Source: TPA_inf: Saccharomyces
Lineage: Eukaryota
Assembly: GCA_000146045.2 (NCBI GenBank)
Contig: BK006937.2
Coordinates: forward strand, 128,001-192,000
Length of the DNA: 64,000 bases
Direction: 5' to 3'
Shown here piece by piece: positions 57,501-64,000 of the stretch. The translations under genes and the position numbers were made by a program. The stretch's first letter is position 1. The number at the start of each line of letters is the position of its first letter. The notes under the pieces were generated by a model. That model worked only from the letters and a program-made list of their open reading frames with translations, was not told the DNA's origin and searched no databases.

Positions 57501-58023
57501 AACCTTAGACATCAGCGGCTTAGTATATGTCTGGGACATGATTAATTTCGAACTAGTAAGGCAAATAACAAATGATGCGCAAAAGGTCGCAATATCTCAA
57601 CATGCAGGGAGCATTATGGTATTGACTAAGAATAACGCCATTTCGATCTTCAATCTAAATGGACAAATATATACATCAAAGAAATTCGAACCAGCTAAAA
57701 TTGTAAGCTCAATTGATTTTTTTGACTTCACTAAGTTAGACGCAGGTTACAGAAAGCATATCTATTGGAAAGAGATGGAAATACTACTAGTGGGCTTTGA
57801 AGATGGAACTATAGAAATTTACGAGCTCTTTTTGAATTTTCATAATGAATGGGCGATAAAGCTACTGAAGCAGCTCTGTACCGAAAAAGGGAAAGCCATA
57901 ACTAGCATTAAGGGACAGGGGAAGACATACCTGTCCCAGAAAAGACGCAAGGATACAGCAGAGCCTCATGAGATAGAAGTGATTGCGGGAACATTAGATG
58001 GCAGATTAGCTATTTGGTACTAG
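51520..58023 (+). CDS. BPH1: BEACH-domain protein (LYST/Chediak-Higashi homolog) with C-terminal WD40 repeats, 2167 aa
   Basis: ORF track 2167 aa. The BEACH domain core is [39 protein letters not shown]...[8 protein letters not shown]. WD-like repeats follow at the C-terminus. Confidence 0.93.
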   Translation: [2167 protein letters not shown]

Positions 58024-58488
58024 GCATCACATCGTAACGCCTTTCTTTAAATGATTCAATTTTTGTAGTTTATATCTTTACTTTTGAAACTGATTTCTCA
58101 TCCCATCTAGTATTGTAATTGCGTACGTATCCAATATCATTACCAACGCCGGGTATTTTTTTCTAGTATTTCTTCTCCATTTCGCCTATGGAAAACGGCA
58201 AAAGGGTAAAAGAAAAAAACAAACGATTAATTCTTCTTTGAATTATGTAAAAATCAAAACGCAACCGCAGATTTAATAGAGACCAGAAATTCGGATTACT
58301 ATTGACTTTGTGCACCACCTTCAAATTTACTCATTGTTTAAGACAGGCAGTGGGAAAGAAGCCGTCATATTGCTCGAATCCTTAACAAGCAAAATATACA
58401 ACCACTAAATTATTCCGAAAGGGCCTGCTTAATAATTTGCCTACTAACTTGTGCATAGAACAGCAAACAGAAACAAAGCGTAAGAAAC

Positions 58489-61400
58489 ATGGGGTATCCG
58501 CCACCTACACGAAGGCTTGGAGATAAGAAAAGGTACCATTATTCCAATAATCCTAACCGAAGGCATCCTTCCGCTGTTTATTCCAAGAATAGCTTTCCAA
58601 AATCAAGCAATAATGGATTTGTATCTTCTCCTACTGCCGATAATTCAACAAATCCGTCTGTAACTCCCAGTACTGCATCTGTACCTCTTCCTACAGCGGC
58701 ACCTGGAAGCACGTTTGGTATCGAAGCACCCAGGCCATCTCGATATGATCCGAGCTCAGTCAGTAGGCCTTCGTCATCATCTTATTCGTCAACAAGAAAA
58801 ATTGGAAGCCGTTATAACCCAGATGTGGAAAGATCCTCTTCAACCACTAGTTCAACTCCGGAAAGTATGAATACGAGCACCATAACACACACCAATACGG
58901 ATATCGGAAACTCACGCTATTCTCGAAAAACCATGAGCAGATATAATCCTCAATCTACTAGTTCTACAAACGTTACCCACTTTCCCTCGGCATTATCAAA
59001 CGCTCCACCGTTTTATGTTGCCAACGGGAGTTCTCGGAGACCTCGATCAATGGATGATTATAGTCCTGATGTAACGAACAAGCTCGAAACAAATAATGTT
59101 TCATCTGTTAATAATAACAGCCCTCATTCTTATTACTCTAGGAGCAACAAATGGAGATCCATTGGAACGCCTTCCAGACCACCATTTGATAATCATGTCG
59201 GCAATATGACGACCACCAGCAATACTAACTCGATCCATCAAAGGGAACCTTTTTGGAAAGCAAATAGTACTACTATTTTAAAATCAACTCATTCACAGTC
59301 ATCGCCTTCCCTTCATACTAAAAAATTTCACGATGCGAATAAATTGGACAAACCAGAGGCTTCAGTTAAAGTTGAAACACCCAGTAAAGATGAGACAAAA
59401 GCCATATCGTACCATGATAACAATTTTCCACCAAGAAAATCAGTTTCTAAACCTAATGCACCTTTAGAACCCGATAATATCAAGGTTGGCGAAGAAGATG
59501 CATTGGGGAAAAAAGAAGTACATAAAAGTGGGCGTGAGATAGCAAAGGAACATCCTACTCCTGTAAAAATGAAAGAGCATGATGAACTAGAAGCTCGCGC
59601 TAAAAAAGTAAGTAAAATCAATATTGATGGAAAGCAGGACGAAATTTGGACGACGGCAAAAACAGTGGCCAGTGCAGTCGAAGTTTCCAAAGAAAGTCAA
59701 AAGGAACTAACACGCTCTGTTGAAAGGAAGGAAAGCCCAGAAATTAGAGATTATGAAAGAGCATACGATCCGAAAGCCCTGAAAACAGACGTAACAAAGT
59801 TGACAGTAGACAATGATAATAAAAGTTACGAAGAACCTCTTGAAAAAGTGGAGGGGTGTATTTTCCCATTACCAAAAGCAGAAACGAGATTATGGGAATT
59901 GAAAAACCAGAAAAGAAACAAAATAATAAGTGAACAAAAGTACTTACTGAAAAAGGCAATTAGGAATTTCTCAGAGTATCCTTTTTACGCACAGAACAAA
60001 CTTATACATCAGCAGGCTACCGGACTTATCTTGACGAAAATTATATCAAAGATAAAAAAGGAAGAACATTTGAAAAAAATAAATTTAAAACATGATTATT
60101 TCGATCTCCAGAAGAAGTATGAAAAAGAATGCGAAATTTTGACTAAACTGAGTGAAAATTTAAGGAAGGAAGAAATCGAAAATAAACGTAAAGAGCACGA
60201 ACTAATGGAGCAGAAAAGACGTGAAGAAGGTATCGAAACAGAAAAGGAAAAAAGCTTACGGCATCCATCCTCGTCTTCCTCATCTCGTCGCAGAAATAGG
60301 GCTGACTTCGTTGATGATGCGGAAATGGAAAATGTATTGCTACAAATCGACCCAAATTATAAACATTATCAGGCTGCTGCAACAATTCCTCCGCTAATTT
60401 TAGATCCAATCCGCAAACACTCTTACAAATTCTGTGATGTAAATAACTTGGTTACAGACAAAAAGCTTTGGGCGTCTAGAATATTGAAAGACGCCTCTGA
60501 CAACTTTACTGACCATGAGCACTCTTTATTTTTGGAGGGTTATTTAATTCATCCTAAAAAATTTGGTAAAATTTCTCACTACATGGGCGGCTTAAGAAGT
60601 CCTGAAGAGTGTGTCCTACATTATTATAGAACAAAGAAAACTGTGAATTATAAACAACTTCTTATCGATAAGAACAAGAAAAGAAAAATGTCAGCCGCTG
60701 CCAAGCGCCGCAAGAGGAAGGAAAGAAGTAATGACGAGGAAGTCGAAGTTGATGAGAGTAAAGAAGAGTCAACGAACACGATAGAGAAGGAAGAAAAAAG
60801 TGAGAACAATGCCGAGGAAAATGTTCAGCCGGTTCTAGTTCAAGGTTCTGAAGTGAAAGGTGATCCATTAGGTACACCGGAAAAAGTTGAAAATATGATT
60901 GAACAGAGAGGCGAAGAGTTTGCAGGTGAATTGGAAAATGCTGAGAGGGTAAACGACTTAAAAAGGGCGCATGATGAAGTTGGAGAAGAGAGCAATAAGT
61001 CCAGTGTAATAGAAACCAACAATGGGGTACAAATAATGGATCCAAAAGGAGCTGTTCAGAATGGTTATTATCCAGAGGAGACCAAAGAACTTGACTTCAG
61101 TTTAGAGAATGCGTTACAGAGAAAGAAACACAAATCTGCACCAGAGCATAAAACAAGTTATTGGAGTGTTCGTGAATCTCAACTCTTTCCAGAATTGTTG
61201 AAGGAGTTTGGCTCTCAATGGTCTCTCATATCAGAAAAACTGGGTACCAAATCTACTACAATGGTAAGGAATTACTACCAAAGAAATGCAGCTCGCAATG
61301 GATGGAAATTACTGGTTGATGAAACCGACTTAAAGCGAGATGGGACTAGTTCAGAATCTGTACAACAATCTCAAATTTTGATACAACCAGAACGACCAAA

Positions 61401-62169
61401 CATCAATGCCTATAGTAATATTCCTCCTCAACAAAGACCGGCTTTGGGTTATTTTGTTGGACAACCAACTCATGGGCATAATACATCTATTTCATCTATC
61501 GATGGCTCTATAAGACCATTTGGGCCTGATTTTCATCGTGATACCTTTTCTAAAATTAGTGCTCCTTTAACCACTTTACCACCACCAAGACTACCATCTA
61601 TTCAGTTTCCTCGTTCAGAAATGGCAGAACCTACAGTGACAGATTTGCGTAACAGGCCCTTAGACCATATTGACACGTTGGCTGATGCAGCTTCGTCAGT
61701 AACAAATAATCAAAACTTCAGTAATGAAAGGAATGCAATTGACATTGGCCGTAAATCGACGACAATCAGCAATCTATTGAATAATTCGGATCGAAGCATG
61801 AAATCTTCTTTCCAAAGCGCTTCAAGACACGAAGCACAGCTCGAAGACACTCCCAGCATGAACAATATTGTAGTACAAGAAATAAAACCGAATATTACTA
61901 CGCCAAGATCGAGTTCTATTTCTGCATTACTAAATCCTGTAAATGGGAATGGGCAATCAAACCCAGATGGAAGGCCGTTGCTGCCATTTCAGCATGCTAT
62001 TTCTCAAGGCACTCCTACTTTCCCTTTACCGGCCCCTCGCACTAGTCCAATAAGTCGTGCGCCTCCAAAGTTCAATTTTTCGAATGATCCGTTGGCAGCT
62101 TTGGCTGCGGTTGCCTCCGCGCCAGATGCAATGAGCAGTTTTTTATCTAAAAAGGAAAATAATAATTGA
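58489..62169 (+). CDS. SNT1: SANT-domain subunit of the Set3 histone deacetylase complex (NCoR/SMRT-like), 1226 aa
   Basis: ORF track 1226 aa. A SANT/Myb repeat, WSVRESQLFPELLKEFGSQWSLISEKLGTKSTTMVRNYYQRN, is present, plus a second SANT-like region near HEHSLFLEGYLIHPKKFGKISHYMGG. The N-terminus is long and Ser/Thr/Asn-rich. Confidence 0.9.
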   Translation: MGYPPPTRRLGDKKRYHYSNNPNRRHPSAVYSKNSFPKSSNNGFVSSPTADNSTNPSVTPSTASVPLPTAAPGSTFGIEAPRPSRYDPSSVSRPSSSSYSSTRKIGSRYNPDVERSSSTTSSTPESMNTSTITHTNTDIGNSRYSRKTMSRYNPQSTSSTNVTHFPSALSNAPPFYVANGSSRRPRSMDDYSPDVTNKLETNNVSSVNNNSPHSYYSRSNKWRSIGTPSRPPFDNHVGNMTTTSNTNSIHQREPFWKANSTTILKSTHSQSSPSLHTKKFHDANKLDKPEASVKVETPSKDETKAISYHDNNFPPRKSVSKPNAPLEPDNIKVGEEDALGKKEVHKSGREIAKEHPTPVKMKEHDELEARAKKVSKINIDGKQDEIWTTAKTVASAVEVSKESQKELTRSVERKESPEIRDYERAYDPKALKTDVTKLTVDNDNKSYEEPLEKVEGCIFPLPKAETRLWELKNQKRNKIISEQKYLLKKAIRNFSEYPFYAQNKLIHQQATGLILTKIISKIKKEEHLKKINLKHDYFDLQKKYEKECEILTKLSENLRKEEIENKRKEHELMEQKRREEGIETEKEKSLRHPSSSSSSRRRNRADFVDDAEMENVLLQIDPNYKHYQAAATIPPLILDPIRKHSYKFCDVNNLVTDKKLWASRILKDASDNFTDHEHSLFLEGYLIHPKKFGKISHYMGGLRSPEECVLHYYRTKKTVNYKQLLIDKNKKRKMSAAAKRRKRKERSNDEEVEVDESKEESTNTIEKEEKSENNAEENVQPVLVQGSEVKGDPLGTPEKVENMIEQRGEEFAGELENAERVNDLKRAHDEVGEESNKSSVIETNNGVQIMDPKGAVQNGYYPEETKELDFSLENALQRKKHKSAPEHKTSYWSVRESQLFPELLKEFGSQWSLISEKLGTKSTTMVRNYYQRNAARNGWKLLVDETDLKRDGTSSESVQQSQILIQPERPNINAYSNIPPQQRPALGYFVGQPTHGHNTSISSIDGSIRPFGPDFHRDTFSKISAPLTTLPPPRLPSIQFPRSEMAEPTVTDLRNRPLDHIDTLADAASSVTNNQNFSNERNAIDIGRKSTTISNLLNNSDRSMKSSFQSASRHEAQLEDTPSMNNIVVQEIKPNITTPRSSSISALLNPVNGNGQSNPDGRPLLPFQHAISQGTPTFPLPAPRTSPISRAPPKFNFSNDPLAALAAVASAPDAMSSFLSKKENNN

Positions 62170-62591
62170 ACAAACGGCTGAGACGGGCAATACATATGCT
62201 CTACTTCTTTTCCATCCAATGGTTGGTGAAACTCTCGAGCATACATTACCTTACGTGTGTTAGTGTACTATATTATATATATATATATGTATATATATAA
62301 AGGGAGGAGTTTTTAATTATAATTGTAATTTCGTATTTTTTCTGCATTATACAGTTTTTTCCGATTTTAAACGACTTTATTTAAGTGTCGTGTAAATATG
62401 TCACATTTTATTTTTGTACGTATTCACATGTCCTGGCGTGCGGCCATTGCTGAAAATCGCAAAACCCACAGAGAAATAAACATCGCGAAAAAGTCAATGA
62501 AAAATTGGAAAATATTTTTCATTTCACTATTATCCACAAGCAATTTTGTACAAAGTGAAAAGGTTGAACTAATTATCTTCGTCTAGAAGCC

Positions 62592-63635
62592 ATGAATTCA
62601 CTCGTTACTCAATATGCTGCTCCGTTGTTCGAGCGTTATCCCCAACTTCATGACTATTTACCAACTTTGGAGCGACCATTTTTTAATATTTCGTTGTGGG
62701 AACATTTCGATGATGTCGTCACTCGTGTAACTAACGGTAGATTTGTTCCAAGCGAATTCCAATTCATTGCAGGTGAATTACCATTAAGCACTTTGCCCCC
62801 TGTGCTATACGCCATCACTGCCTATTACGTTATTATTTTTGGTGGCAGGTTTTTGTTAAGTAAGTCGAAACCATTTAAATTAAATGGCCTTTTCCAATTG
62901 CATAATTTGGTTTTAACTTCACTTTCATTGACGCTTTTATTGCTTATGGTTGAACAATTAGTGCCAATTATTGTTCAGCACGGGTTATACTTCGCTATCT
63001 GTAATATTGGTGCTTGGACTCAACCGCTCGTTACATTATATTACATGAATTACATTGTCAAGTTTATTGAATTTATAGACACCTTTTTCTTGGTGCTAAA
63101 ACATAAAAAATTGACATTTTTGCATACTTATCACCATGGCGCTACTGCCTTATTATGTTACACCCAATTGATGGGCACCACATCTATTTCTTGGGTCCCT
63201 ATTTCATTGAACCTTGGTGTTCACGTGGTTATGTATTGGTACTATTTCTTGGCTGCCAGAGGCATCAGGGTCTGGTGGAAGGAATGGGTTACCAGATTTC
63301 AAATTATCCAATTTGTTTTGGATATCGGTTTCATATATTTTGCTGTCTACCAAAAAGCAGTTCACTTGTATTTCCCAATTTTGCCACATTGTGGTGACTG
63401 TGTGGGTTCAACAACTGCCACCTTTGCAGGTTGTGCCATTATTTCTTCATATTTGGTACTATTTATTTCATTTTACATTAACGTTTATAAACGTAAAGGC
63501 ACCAAAACCAGTAGAGTGGTAAAGCGTGCCCACGGCGGTGTTGCCGCAAAGGTTAATGAGTATGTTAACGTTGACTTGAAAAACGTTCCTACTCCATCTC
63601 CATCACCAAAACCTCAACACAGAAGAAAAAGGTAA
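62592..63635 (+). CDS. ELO2: very-long-chain fatty acid elongase (ELO family), 347 aa
   Basis: ORF track 347 aa. The ELO histidine box HTYHHGATALL is present, with 6-7 TM segments and a C-terminal Lys-rich tail. Confidence 0.92.
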   Translation: MNSLVTQYAAPLFERYPQLHDYLPTLERPFFNISLWEHFDDVVTRVTNGRFVPSEFQFIAGELPLSTLPPVLYAITAYYVIIFGGRFLLSKSKPFKLNGLFQLHNLVLTSLSLTLLLLMVEQLVPIIVQHGLYFAICNIGAWTQPLVTLYYMNYIVKFIEFIDTFFLVLKHKKLTFLHTYHHGATALLCYTQLMGTTSISWVPISLNLGVHVVMYWYYFLAARGIRVWWKEWVTRFQIIQFVLDIGFIYFAVYQKAVHLYFPILPHCGDCVGSTTATFAGCAIISSYLVLFISFYINVYKRKGTKTSRVVKRAHGGVAAKVNEYVNVDLKNVPTPSPSPKPQHRRKR

Positions 63636-64000
63636 GTGTAAAATCTTTGAAAGAATTTAAGTATTCAACTTTCGTATATTCGTTTTTTCTTAGTGGATCT
63701 ATTGTTACTATTATCACTATTATTATATTGTAAAAGACCGGATGGTTTTGTTATATATTACATACACATGTTATCGTTGAAAAAAGTTTTCCGTTTCCTT
63801 TCGACAGTCATCAGATAATTTTATCCGAGTCTTTTATATGTTAAATCTTGTTGACAAATCGTCCGCTCTAACCCTAGATAACAACAATGATCTTTTTATC
63901 ATTTCTGGCGTTATTTTAGCGCCTCCTCCCACTAATGTTAATTGCTTATAGTTACCTGAAGGAGCAGCGAGGATGGAGATCGTACTGTGTATACTTGTTT

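Noticed and set aside
1-64000. CRISPR arrays, prokaryotic defence islands or operons, and centromere elements
   Set aside because: This is eukaryotic (yeast) DNA with monocistronic genes, spliceosomal introns and Pol III tRNA genes. There are no direct-repeat/spacer arrays and no CDEI-CDEII-CDEIII arrangement. CEN3 lies outside the window.

Overview
This window is Saccharomyces cerevisiae nuclear DNA from the right arm of chromosome III. It is recognisable from the PGK1 locus and its canonical neighbours, and runs SAT4-RVS161-ADY2-ADP1-PGK1-POL4 through SYP1-RPS14A-BPH1-SNT1-ELO2. From memory it corresponds to roughly chrIII 128,001-192,000 (window coordinate 1 is about 128,001); I cannot verify that offset here.

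What I can support from the sequence:
- About 27 protein-coding genes, nearly all matching named yeast genes by length and diagnostic motifs.
- Two intron-containing genes: RIM1, and RPS14A with a 7-nt first exon.
- PMP1, a 40-aa gene that falls below the 60-aa floor of the ORF track.
- Four tRNA genes: Gly-GCC, initiator Met-CAU, Lys-CUU and Gln-UUG.
- One clear C/D box snoRNA (snR65-like).
- Two weaker H/ACA snoRNA candidates, which I place partly from memory of SGD coordinates (snR33 and snR189).
- Two clusters of Ty LTR debris parked next to tRNA genes: solo delta elements at 14.8, 21.4, 22.3, 23.5 and 41.2-41.9 kb, and a sigma (Ty3 LTR) 15 bp upstream of tRNA-Gln that is itself split by a delta insertion.
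- The classic PGK1 UAS and TATA box, several coding trinucleotide repeats, and a perfect ARS consensus match.

I did not find a full-length Ty element, a CRISPR array or a prokaryote-style operon or defence system. This is a densely annotated, ordinary eukaryotic chromosomal segment, and I see no convincing evidence of a previously undescribed system. The most structurally interesting parts are the tRNA-associated LTR hotspots and the dispersed near-identical delta copies that could drive ectopic recombination.
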